Part shown: piece after piece, positions 36,901 through 48,900 of the stretch
Layout of the letters: each line of letters begins with the position of its first letter
Position numbering within the stretch: position 1 is the first letter of the stretch
NCBI RefSeq assembly: GCF_018350175.1
Contig: NC_058382.1
Span: 60,824,001 to 60,888,000 of the forward strand
Source: Felis catus
Taxonomy: Eukaryota
Direction: 5' to 3'
DNA: 64,000 nt
The notes under the pieces: generated by a model
The model's input: the letters and a program-made list of their open reading frames with translations, nothing else
Database searches by the model: none
What the model was told of the DNA's origin: nothing
Translations under genes and position numbers: made by a program

Positions 36901-38710
36901 TCTGCTGGTGAGAGTCATAAACAGAAGGGGAAGATACAGCAGGGAGAGGAGGGTGAGGAGGAGGGAGCAGGGCAGGTGCCCGAGGGGCCGTCGCACGGAG
37001 GGGCCGGCAAGGGCGCAACGACGAGGGTGAGGGCGGGAAGGCCTGGGAGGGCCTGTGTGCAGGCGTGCTGTGATCCGACTGACTTTGTCATAGGCTCACT
37101 CCCGCGAGTGACAGAGACCGGGCAGGTCTGTAAGTGCCCCGAGAAGCTGTGCTGACGCCCGCCTGCACCCTGGGCAGCTGTCGGGGGCTGCCTGTCCGCC
37201 CCGGCGGGGGTGGTAATCGCTAATGCCCACTGCGCTCCAGCCTCCGCGGCAGAACAATCCGTGTGAATGATCCGGAGCCCACGGAGTCCACGGGCCCCGT
37301 GGCCGGCCCAGGTGACGCCCCTCTTCTCCCCGGCCGCCGCCCCTCCCTTGGCTAACAGCAACCGAGGCCTCGTCCAGAGCGGATGATCCCAGAGGGAACA
37401 CGGACGGAGAGTCCTGGCTCAGTGGTAACCCGTTCTGGCCTCCCCCCGGGGCCACGCTTCCCGGCTGTGCCTCCCCTGGTCAACCGTAGTCACGGAAGTG
37501 AAAGTGTGAGAAAGCCCCCGCGGCCGGCTGCTGAATCAGGTTAACACGGATGCCTCTCTCTGCAGTCAAGATACCTCGAGAAGTGAAAGCCTTCTTTGCC
37601 TCCTCCAGCTGCCCTCTGGGGACCACTTCCTCCAGGAAGCTGGCCTGGATTGCACCCGGCCGGCAGCTCTATCTTCCTAGGCTCAGATCCGGGGTTCAGT
37701 GGGTGGGGAGGACATGGCTGGTTGGTGTCCTCTTGTTGGCCTGTCTCAGGAGGCTCGTGGCACGGGGACCGCATGGGCAGCGGACACACATGTTCCAGCA
37801 GAAACTGAGGGCCCCAGGAGCAAAGCGCCCCACATTTACTGGGGGAGGAAGGGGTCCTGGCTTTCCCCAGGGGTGGCCTTCCTCTTTGTCCTGACATAAG
37901 CCTCAGGGGACTGCAGGCTCTGCCCTTGGAACCAGGCTTCCTGACCGAGTCCAGGGCTCCTGTGTGTCCAGAGTTTCGTGTCCCGGAGGCTGGCTCCGGA
38001 GGGCCACCCAGAGCGCCTCGGGGGATGCGGGGGGCGGGAGGGACAGGCGGGTGTGTGTCCTGAGGGCTTCCGACCCCTTGGACGACCACAGCCCCAGTGC
38101 ACTCCCTCTCCTGGGTTCTCTCCCAGCTCCTTCCCCTCTGCCCTTCTTCGCCCCTGCTCAGGGACATCGGCCCCCAGACTGTGTTTAACCTTTGCTCTGT
38201 TTAACCTTTGACCCTTATTAAAGGTCATCAAATCGCCCTTCTCCAATCCCTCCATGGTGCTGCTGGCTTCCTGCCAGGCGGTGGCCCTGGGGCCGGCTTC
38301 CCTCCCAGAACGGACCCTGCATCCGTCTGTAGGGTCAACAGAACCAGCTCAATCGCGCCTCCACTCTGGCCTGCTGGGTGCCCCTGGGAACCTCGGTATC
38401 TTTTTCTGTGATGGCGGTCGCCGTGACATGCGGGCTTGCAGGCCCCGAGCCAGGGTCCCTGGCACTGCGTGTTCGAGACAGGAACAGGAGGCGGGAGATG
38501 GGACCTGTCGCCTCAGGTCTCGGTGGGGTGTGAGCGAAGGGAAAAGCCCCTGCGGGAGGGCCGCCCTGCACACGGCGACGATACCGACAAGATCGAACAG
38601 CAAAGTTGCCAACGGTACTTTGTGCACAGACGCAGATGGTCACAGCCGTGTCACGGGTCAGGCGGTCACTGCGGGGCTCAGCCCGGGCCCTCATCGCGGA
38701 GAGGGGCTTT

Positions 38711-39442
38711 CGCGCATACTCCGACCCCGATGCCCTGGGCACCCCGTACACATCTATCGGTGTCCTAACGGTCCCCACAAGCACGGCCAGGGGCCACGGC
38801 TGAGTGACAAGAGGGATGCTGGGGGCTTGGGACAGAGACGGCCTTGCTCCCTGGAAGGCCGTGCGGCCACATCCTGACCACAGGCCGTGATAGAGATGGG
38901 CAGTACGGGCTCTGGGCGCCTTTCCCCAAGCCTGCTGCCTGGATACAGGTGGGACGGTTACAGGTCTGGTCACCTGGACTGGGGGGCCCTGAATCCAATG
39001 ACAAGTGTCCTTATAGGAAAGGAGAGGACATAGGGACACAGAGGAGAAGCCACATGAAGACAGGGGCAGAGATGGGAGGGACACAGCCACAGTTGGAGGA
39101 GGCAGGGAGGACCCTCCCCGGGAGCTGGAGGAGGGGGCTCGGCCCCGCCTACACCTCGATTTTGGGCCCTGGGCCTCCAGATCTGGGGGCGGATAGATTC
39201 CTATTCCAAGCCCGCTGGTCGGTGGCACTTTGTCACAGCGGTCCCAGGAGATTAATACAGCAGGGAAGGGCATGCGGAGAAGAGCCGGTGGTCAAGGGGA
39301 AGCTGGAGGGGGCAGGGGGAGGACGAGGCCTGAGAGGGCATGGTGGGGAGGAGGAGACTCCCCACCGTGCTTGTGGGAACTGTCAGGACACCGATAGATT
39401 TGCACGGGGTGCCCCGGGCACACTGGGGTCGGAGTGCGCACG
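38711..39442. repeat. Inverted repeat, ~77-bp arms (38711-38786 and 39365-39442), ~85% identical
   Basis: Manual alignment; ORF track shows GTP(Y/C)xSIGVLTVPTST on opposite strands. Confidence 0.9.
38985..39260 (+). mobile_element. MaLR LTR (MLT1A-C-like)
   Basis: CCCTGAATCCAATGACAAGTGTCCTTATAGG ... GGCACTTTGTCACAGCGGTCCCAGGAGATTAATACA. Confidence 0.85.
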
Positions 39443-42037
39443 TGCTGGCTGTGGTGGCCTCTGGACCCTCCCCACCCTGGACCAGGTGGCCCACGGTTGG
39501 ACTCCGCCGGGCTCCAGGCTCAGGACGGCACCTTCTGTGGGATCTCACCCAACCCCCACTAACCACCCAACACCAGCCGCATCTGCTTGGACGCCTCTAG
39601 GGATGGGATGCTCATTATCTCCCCGGTCACATGAAGGCTGAAGTCTGCCACCTGGACCCCACGTTGTCCCTCCCCAGTGATACCAGAGCAGGCTCGACTC
39701 AGTTTCTCCCCCAGGTGGTCATGGTGAATTGCCCCCAGCCTCCTCTGCTTCAGGCCAAATTGGAATGACTTCAATGCTCTGTCCTGGCCCTCCTCTGCTG
39801 GGTGTCCTGGGTCCCATCTCTGGTTCCTGTCGGGGGCACAGCAACCTGACCCTCAGTCTCCCCGTCTGCGGAGTGGGCTTGTTGGAATGGGGGCCTGCAC
39901 ATACAGTAGGCGCCTAATAAATCTGAGCGAGGTAAACACTCCTCTTTCCCACTGCATGCTCAGGTCTCCCCTGCCCTGAGCGGGTCTACCACCCGTGGGG
40001 TCACCGTGGGGTCCGGACCCATCCGGTCCTCCACCACAGCAGGGCTGCGGAGGGCGCCGGGTCCCCAGCCAGGCTGCTCGGCGCCTGCCCGGGGCTCTGC
40101 AGCGGGACCCGGCGGCCACAAGGGCCACGCCGTCTGCCTGACCTTGGCGTGCGCCTCCTGCCAGCCGGACAGCCACGGCCACGTTCAGAGGTGTTCGCTC
40201 TCAGGCAGAAAGGCTCCGTCCTAACCCTTCAGAAGATATCAGCAGCGTTGTTGCTTTCATACTTTAGGGCCACTTAACGTATTTTGGGGTCTCCGAGGTT
40301 TTCATGGATTCTTGGGGTGCCTGTGGGCCCCAGAAACTGCACGGTGGAGCCGTGCTCCCCACTGGCCTGTCCTAGACCCCGAGACCCCCCAGACCCCAAG
40401 GGCTCCCCCAGCTGGCCTGCTGCTCTCCCTGGCGGTCCCTCCAGCATTGCAGAGCCCTGGGGGGGTAGGGGGTGGGGTCTGGGGCGGCCTGAGGGGTTAG
40501 GACGTGTCCCAGCCTGGCTGTGGCCATCCTGTGGAGCCAGACGATTAAGAAAAGATGGGCTGTGAGCTCGTAAAAGCCAGAGTACCTCGGGGCTGGGACT
40601 CCCGTGCCCACACAAGCCGGAGCCCAATAACACACTGGCCAAACACCCACCGCCCCGGGGAGCACCCCCCCCCCGCCCCGGGGGAGCAGTGAGCTTGGCA
40701 CGCGCAGTGACCGCGGGGTCGATAAACTGATGGCTGGGATTCTGCATGCGACCGTCCGCCCCGGTGCCCGCGGCCCACCGGCACCGCGGAGGCACTGCCG
40801 CCTCCAACTCCTTCCTTGCGCGAACGCCCCCGCCCCATCCAAACACAACACAGCCCGAGGCTCGCACGCGCACCTGCTGTCTGTCCTCTCCCTCCGCAGC
40901 CCGGGAGGAGCTGCGCCTTGGCTCCATCAGGGAGCAGGAGGACAGGCTTTGACACTCGAGGACCCTGAGGCCCAGGCGAGGACGCGGCGGGTGGCAGGGC
41001 CCGGCTGCCGGTTCCCAGACAGTGGCGGGGGGTGGAGGGGGGGCTGCCCCAGGAAGGGAAGGGGCTGTGTGGTGCCCACCAGGAACTTGACCGGACCGGA
41101 GCCACTGGCCAGCCGGAGAGGCAGGGTGACCACGTGCCAGGGCCAGCAACCTGGCACCACCCTGTAGGCGTCTTGGAGTCACCCACACGTGGGAGATGCC
41201 GTGGGCGCACTCCTCACCCTGTCTCAAGGCAGGCTTTCCCACACCTGGCTTCGGGTGACCGATAGAGCCCGAATCAGGGGCTGGCCCTCGGGGCCTGGAC
41301 GGCAGCACGTTGGGGAAGCAGGCTCTACAGAGGTGGCAGGGACATCCCTGGGTCGGGGTGCCGGGCCTGCGGGTCAGGGGCCCACTTGGCCTCTGGAGAA
41401 GGCTCCAGCAGCAGGACTTGGGGCTGCGAGGTCTGGAAGGTTACAGAGTTTCCTCGGAGCGTGGCCACGTGGCGTGGGCTGGGAGTGGGGTCGCCTGCTC
41501 ACGGCCGTGCCCCCCCCAGTCTTGGGGTGAGCCAGGGGCTTGGCAGTGGGGGCCACGGGGTGGCGGGGAGGCCTGCCCATCACCACTTCTCTCTGGCACC
41601 AGCTCCAAAGGGCAGGGGTCTTGCCAGGGATGGCTCATCAGTGGGTACGGCAGTTGAGTCCCGGACCATCGCTGGAGCCCAGGGCCCCGGCCCAGGCCCT
41701 CTTCCCCGTGGCCCCAGTGTCCTCATCCCACCCCTACGCCTCAGGGTCCGGCCGGGAGGACCGCACACCGCCTTCCTCACCAAGTCCCGGGACCCTGCCC
41801 GTGGGGGAAGACAGAGCCCACTCCCTCCTAGATGGGACTGAGCAGGCCCCTTCCAGCATCTGCCTCCGGGTGGGGCGCCCACACCCGGCCTGGCACCTGC
41901 CAGGCCCTCCGGGGCCACCTGTCCCAGCTGTGTGGGTTTGAGGTGAGTCAACAGAGCCAGGCAGGAGGCAGCCTGGAGATGTCACACTCTGACCACCTGC
42001 TCCGGCCCCCACGCCCCCCCCCCCCCCATCCCCTTAC

Positions 42038-42356
42038 CTGTCCGCCCTTCCTGGGGACCCCGGGGCACTGAGCAGCCGGTGGACGCGGCGACGCTCTCCA
42101 GCACAGGGGGATGCCAGGGACATAGGACTGGAGGTGGGTCCGGGAGGCAGTCCTGGCGCCCGGCGACAGGCGAGCAGCCCTCTGGGGGCCGACGTGAGCG
42201 CCCTTCCTGACCTCGTGGGGCCTCGAGGGAGGGAAGAGGGCCGCGGCCGGCCCGGCTCTCCGGCAGCCGGCGGCCTCTGTCCCCCAGACAGCTCCACGCC
42301 TTCCAGCAGCCGTGCCCGCCGGCCTGGGGAGGGGGCGGGAGGCTGCAGGGGCTCAT
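42038..42356 (-). CDS. CBFA2T3: CBFA2T3 exon 1a (MTG16a-specific N-terminus), partial CDS; start codon uncertain, 42356 is the nearest ATG in the conserved frame
   Basis: Frame of ORF 41982..42917 reads HPPVLESVAASTGCSVPRGPQEGRT versus recalled human THPVLESGLLASAGCSAPRGPRKGGP(A). Ends at consensus donor CAG|GTAAGG (exon end 42038) in phase 1, the phase needed for exon 2 (A-PVDRK...). Confidence 0.75.
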
Positions 42357-42399
42357 GTGACGCAGGGCGGGCCTGGGGAGGCGCCGGTGGGGGAGGTCT

Positions 42400-42580
42400 C
42401 CGTGCAGCCCGCGGGCCGGGCAGCCAGCTGTGTCACTGTGATAGTAGGGCCGGGGGCCGGGGAAGCGGCCTGCAGCTGTGCCCACCGCTTCCTCAACAGG
42501 AACCATCTGGGCCGGGCCCTGCCCGGCCTTCCCTCGCGGCCATTCCGGTCTGACTTTCCAACAACTTCCTCCTACAGCCA
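42400..42580 (-). promoter_or_regulatory. Distal (exon 1a) promoter with E-box-GATA composite and ETS cores
   Basis: CAGCTG 42425-42430 + 8 nt + TGATAG 42439-42444; E-boxes CAGCTG 42473-42478 and CATCTG 42504-42509; several GGAA/TTCC cores; directly upstream of exon 1a. Confidence 0.65.
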
Positions 42581-44851
42581 GCCCGCTGACACCACACCCA
42601 CCTGGAGCCCCGGACCGCCAGGCGCGCTTCCTCGACCGGGGCTGGGGGGGTAGTGTCCGTGCGGGCCGAGCCCCCGACCCCACACGCCCCGTCCACCTGT
42701 GCCCCCCCTGCCCAACCTTGGGCCTGGCTCCGCTCCCCCCCCACTGCCCTCGGCCGGGCTTTCCCCGCCTCCCTGCCCAGTTCCCCGGGGCCGCTTCCCT
42801 GAGCGTTGGCCCTGCCCTGGAGTCAGACCTCGCCCTGCGTCCTGACCGGCCACCCCTCACCCCCCACACCCCCGGGGCTCTCCCTTGGCTGCCTGGGGCC
42901 TCCTGACCCCCACCCACTCTGAAAGGACCGCCACAGGCCAGGTGAAGAAACCCCTCTCTGAGCGCGGCCTCCTGGCTGGGGGGGGGGGGGGGGGGCGGGG
43001 CTCCTCAAGGAGACCCTTCCCCACTTCTCCATGGGCACCTTGCAGGGACAGTGACCAATTTGGATGGGATCTGCTGGGGGAATTAGAGCTGCTCCCCCAG
43101 TCTGAGGGCTTCCAGAAACCATGTCAGACCCTCTGTGTCCTCGGAGCCCCCTCCCCACGGGCACTCAGCAAAGAGGGTGCCAGGTACATCAGAGGCACTA
43201 AAAAGGCCACGGACTGAAGGCGGCCACATATGTGGGGTGACGGCAGGAGAGCAGGTGGCCTTGTGAAGAAGACACTGGGCCCCGTGCCCCCACACTGGCC
43301 CAGCAGTTGGCTCCCTTGGGGCCCAATCACGGCTGCAGGCTCAGCGTCGTCAGACAGGCCGAAGGGGTGAGGCCTGCAGACGCAGGGCTGGTGCACAGAC
43401 CTCTGTGCTGTCTTCATTCCATTGAGTTGAGGTTTTCAGTAATGCCTGCACATGGTGAATACTGCAAGCCGTGCATAAGGGGTACAGCAAGAAGTCAGAC
43501 CCCCCCCCCGTTTCCTGGTGTGCTTCTCCAGAGCTCACGGCTGTCACAGTGGTTTTTTTGGGGGGGGGGTCCTTCTGGAATTGGTGCAGGGACAAGACCG
43601 TGCTGCCCCACGTGCACACGTCCTCCCCACAGCGTGGACAGCTCCCCACCCCCAGGGTTCAGGCGGGAAGGAGGGTCCTGTGAGCCAGCCGGTCCCTGGG
43701 CATCACCGTTGTCCTCACAGCACCCCCTCTCTGCTTCCTGAGCTCTGACTCGGGACAGGACGGAGGGTCCGAGGCCCAACCCGGCTGGTCGCCTCCTTGC
43801 TGTATGGTGGTGATGGCAGGGCCGGCCTGTTGCAGGGGAGGGCCCTGTGCACGGCCCGCCCCGTGGTCAGCACGCACGTGTCCGTGTTCCTGACCTTGCC
43901 GCCCCTGATGCTGCTTTCTAGACTGCACATGGCCAGGCCTCTCAGAGCTGGCAGAGAGAAAGACTCGGGGGCACAGGCCCCTGGGAAGGCAGCAGCTCGG
44001 CACCCGGGTGGGGCCGCCCCCGCCCCCGGGCCAGGCAGATGTTCAGGGCTCACACCTGCAGAAACACCCCCCACAGATGGGGCGCTTCCACTTTCGGGAA
44101 GAAGCCTCTTGTCTGGCCTGCTTTTCTAGCGGTCAGGGCCGACAGGGGATGGGCTCCAAGAGGCCGGTTCGAGAGCAGGGGGTGGGGGCGGTCCTGGCCC
44201 CCCGACGGCCACCTTGGGGGCACCTGCCCACGCCCTGCCCCTGCGCCCCACCCCCGCCCCCCGGGCCAGGCAGTTGGTGCTTGTGGGGAAGCAGACGTTG
44301 GCTGTGGCTTTCAGAGCTGGGCAGCCGGCTGGGAGATAAGGAGCTGAGGAGGAAGCGGCTGCAGCAGCAGGGGTGCGGGAGGGGGTGGGGCGCCGGGCCT
44401 GCCTGCCCACCCCGTCCCCGTCCCCGTGCTGCTCCCTCCAGAGACCACTGCCGTCTGACCTTCCCCCACTCCCTCCCTCCCTCACAAACACCCACGGGGC
44501 CACGTGGGGGTTACGCAGGTGCCCTGCTTTCTGGGAACCTATGGGAAACAGACGTTCAATCAATAAGTCCTCAATAGATGTGGCTCAAGGGAGGTGACTT
44601 GGAAGCTGTGTATGAAGGATCAATTAGGAGCTCCCCCTGGGGATGTTGGGGGAGAGCATTCCATGTAGAGGGACCTGAGGCAGCCTTGCCTCCAGACTTT
44701 CGGGAATCTGCAGGAGGGCCAGAGAGGTAGAGGGAGGCCAGTAGGGGACTGTGGGGGAGTGACACTGGATGGAGGCGGGCAGGGAAGCCTGCCTGGCTGA
44801 GTGTATTATTTCTGCCTCCTTTTTCTAGCCTGCAGGAGCCCCCATGACTGC

Positions 44852-44886
44852 TGGGTGGATGGATGGATGGATGGATGGATGGATGG

Positions 44887-44922
<36 letters not shown>

Positions 44923-45915
44923 ATGGATAGATGGATGGATGGTTGGATGGCTGGATGAATGGACAAATGGATGGATGGATGGATGGATAGATGGATGGTT
45001 GGATGGCTGGATGGATAGATGGATGGATGGTTGGATGGCTGGATGAATGGACAAATGGATGGATGGATGGATGGATGGATGGATGGATGGATGGATGGAT
45101 GGTTGGATGGCTGGCTGGCTGGCTGGATGGATGGATGGATGGATGGATGGATAGATGGATGGATGGATGGATAGGTGGATAGGTGGATGGATAGGTAGAT
45201 GGATGGATAAATGGGTGGATGGATGGATGGATGGATGGATGGATGGATGGATGGAAGGATGGATGGACAGATGGATGAGTGGGTGAGTGGGTGGGTGGGT
45301 GGATAGATGGATGGATGGATGGGTGGTTGGATGGATAAGTGGATAGGTGGATGGATGGATGGATGGATGGATGGATGGATGGATGGATGGATAGGTGCAT
45401 TGATGGATGGATAGGTGGATAGGTGGGTGGATGGACGGATGGACAGATGGATGGATGGATGGATGGATGGATGGATGGATGGATGGATGGATAGATGGAT
45501 GGATGGTTGGATGGATGGATAGGTGGATAGGTGGATAGGTGGATGGATAGGTAGATGGATGGATAAATGGGTGGATGGATGGATGGATGGATGGATGGAT
45601 GGATGGATGGATGGACGGATGGATGGACAGATGGATGAGTGGGTGACTGGGTGGGTGGGTGGGTGGATGGATGGATAGGTGGATGGATGGATGGGTGGAT
45701 GGATGGATGGATGGTTGGATGGGTGGATAGGTGGATGGATGGACGGATGGACGGATGGACGGATGGACGGATGGACGGGTGAGTGGGTGGGTGGATGGGT
45801 GGATGGGTGGATGGGTGGATGGATGGATGGATGGATGGATGGATGGATGGATGGACAGATGGATGAGTGGGTGAGTGGGTGGGTGGGTAGATGGATGGAT
45901 GGACAGATGGATGGG
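44852..45915 (+). repeat. (TGGA)n degenerate microsatellite, ~1.06 kb
   Basis: Read directly. Confidence 0.98.
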
Positions 45916-48900
45916 CAAGTAGATCAGTGGAAACATGATTCTATTCAAAGAATATGATTCTATTTACAGAAGGACTGGGGCCCACAAAGGTGATGTCCCC
46001 AGTTGCAAAGCTTTCAAAAGAGAGATGTAAGTCACAAGAGGATATAAGTCCCAAACAGGTCAGGAGGGGGTGTGGGCAGCTCCACACGAACCAAGCTGGG
46101 CCAGCACTGTCTAGCCCAGAGCCCAGAGGGCTGCGGGTCTCGGCCTCAGGTCCTGAGTGACGTGTGGCCACACGGTGGTGGACCACAGCGAGGTGGTGGA
46201 CCATGTGCTTATTCAGGGCGGAACGGAAGAAGCTGGCCCAGGACTAACTGCTCCGCCCATCATGGCCCAGCTCAGGTCAGAGCCACAGGAAAGGTCCCAT
46301 GCGCGTGGCTGGATAGAGACGTGGACACTGCACACACGGGCAGGGCCCCGGGGGTCCCGGCCGCAGTTAGGTCCGGCGTACTCACTGGCAGCGTGGAGGG
46401 CCGCTTGTGGGAGCCGTGCTGGGAACAGCCCAGGAAAAGGCTGATCCAGTCTCAACCCTCCTGGTGCCCTGGGCCCCTTCGGTGGTGAAACCCTGGGCCT
46501 TGTCTTAAAATAATGTTTTTGAGAACACAAGCGCAGTCATAGAATCACAAAGGAAGCCCATTATGCCCAAATAAAGTTGCCTAAATGTTAAAAAATGCCT
46601 GAGGTGGTAATGCCTACGCTCCTTTCTTCCACCAAGAGATCGAAGCAGTGTGCCAACTGCATTCCGAAGAGTGACAGAGGGCATCAGGCTGGGCCCAACG
46701 GTGCCTGGGCTCCGCCGCTGTGGCTGCAGAACTGGCAGGGGCAGGTGCTCCTGCTGGCACCGAAGTCCCCAGCACGTGTCCCAGGCCTGCGTTCCGGCTA
46801 AACAAAATGCCACGTTTTGGTTAGAGGTTAGCGGACTGACCGCTCTGGACCCCCCCGAATTCTAAGTAAAGAACGCCTGTTCTGGCTTGTCTTGAAGACC
46901 CCCACCCCCCCCCTCACCGGCACGGCCGGACACTTCCGGCCTTGGGGAACCTGCCACAGGGGGGCTCCCGGAGTCAGAGGCCTCGAGGGTCACCCCCCCA
47001 TCAGCTGTCTTTGCTGGGTGCTCTTGGGCCTCGGCTTCTGCGGCCGTGTCCCCCACGCAGGGCGCCGTGAGGATTCAGTGGAACGATTCACGTACAGGTT
47101 CTGCTCCGTCAGGGCTGGTGGTGGTCTCAGTGAGACCCCCGAGCTGGGAAGGGCCCACTCAGGGGAAGGCTTGAGTGCCCCACCGCCATCCGGTCATGCC
47201 CACCTCCGACGGGACACGGCATCCCTAGAAAGCTCTTCCTAAACCAGCCCTCCGCTCGTTCTGTGTGATGAGCCACAGCCCCTGTCCCCGACAGCCGTCA
47301 CAAGAGAGGGATTTCCTCTCTGCAAGTGTCAGAGACCCTGCCCCCCACCCCAAGGTGTCTGCGGCAGCCTCCCCCTGCCCCCAGCCCCGTGGCTCCCAAC
47401 ACTCCCACACCACAGCAGAAAGACCTGCCCAAACCATACTGGTTACCCCACTCCTCCTCTGAGACCTTCAGCGGCTGCCCTGGGCCTCGAGACACAGGCC
47501 AGACTTCAGAGGTGACCTAGGAGACCCCCATGCTCTGCCCCTCTCCCCTCGGTGTGCGTCTCTCTCGTGGAACCGTTCCTCTCCCCGAGGTGCCTCTATC
47601 ACCCCCAGCGTTCCCCAACTCCTCCCACAGAACCTAGCCTCACCCAAACTCCTACGGATTCCTCAGAGCCCTCAGGAAGTGCCCCTGTCGTGCTGCCACA
47701 GGCCCTGGATGCCCCGTCATGGCATTAGCACGTTGCCTTGTGGTTGCTGTGGGCCAGGCTTCCTGCGCCACTGGGAAAGCCCCAGGTGGGACCCACTCTC
47801 CTGGGCCACGGCTGTGTCCCTGGCAAGCGGCGCCGGGCTCCAGCCGAGTCTGACGGATGGCTGGGTGAATGACCACGCCCCTGTCTGAGCGCCTGTCCCC
47901 CGCCTTCATCTGTAACCGCCCGGGTGCGAGCTGCACCTTCTCCCCGTTCTACACGCAGCTCCGAGGGAGACAGACGGGACGGCCGGCTGTCCTCAACCCT
48001 CACTGACTCCCAGCTCTCCGGCTGGGATCCCTGGGCCCAGGACCCCGGGTTGGATGCCTCCGAACACCATGTGCCGAGCCGGGGAGTCCGGCCCGGCTGC
48101 TCGGGGCGGGTCCCCGGAGCCCGGGGCCATGGCGCAGAGTGTCCCCGACGGCGGGAGGGGCCCGGCTCGGTGGCCTGTGGGTGTGGAGCAGGGAGAGCTG
48201 GTCAGCTCGCTGCCTGAACTCGGCGAGCCTCCTCCCACCCGCTCAGAGCAGGATGGGGACTTGGGGCCAAGCCTTGGTGAGGGCAGAGCATGAGGAAGGA
48301 CACGATGCCAACGTGACAGAGTGGCAGCCTAGTCCCCTCTGACCAGACCGGAACCGGTCACACCCCCGCCACGAGGCTTGGAGAGGTTGAGCTGCTGGCC
48401 GGGGGGTAACACCCGGGCTGGATCCAGGTGAGGCCCAGAGGGCGACCTGAGGGACAGGGTGGAGGGTCCTGCTGTGAGGAGGACCCCAGCCCCACCCCCA
48501 GCCTGGGCCTCTCTGCCCCTCCAGGAGCATCGAGCCCAGCCAAGGCTGCCCGTTGGGCAGAATAGCAAACGGAGCCTCAGCGGGGGAAGCCGACCACAGA
48601 CAGGGGAGTGTCACCCCCCGTGACCTGACTCTCCTAGGAGGCAGGTCCCCGCCCGCAGAGCGGCCTCCTCTGGGTCCCGGGGAGCTGCCCACCCTGTTCC
48701 CTTGAGCGGCCATGCTGCAAACGGGGAAAGCCCCTCCCCGAGGCCACTTTCCCTTAGAGGAGCCCCAGGTGGAGGGTGGGGTGAGTCACCTGCTGGGCCC
48801 CTGTCCTCGTCCTGTTTCTCTCTGACTCTCCGGGCTGTGCTGCCATGCCTGCACCCCCACCCCCACCTGCTTTCAGCAACGGGCTCTGACTGAGCTCACG

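Larger units (their letters stand above)
1..42400 (-). other. CBFA2T3: CBFA2T3 (MTG16/ETO2) gene, 5' part only: two alternative first exons plus intron 1; exon 2 onward lies left of the window; 5' end approximate
   Basis: Exon 1a peptide matches the recalled human MTG16a N-terminus. A CpG-island first exon lies ~32 kb downstream, similar to the recalled human 1a/1b two-promoter layout. No other coding exons found. Confidence 0.85.

Noticed and set aside
40874..40927. Possible extra coding first exon MEPRRSSSRAAEGEDRQQ ending CAG|GTGCGC on minus
   Set aside because: 54 nt gives phase 0, incompatible with the expected phase-1 exon 2; the donor is weak and I recognise no homology.
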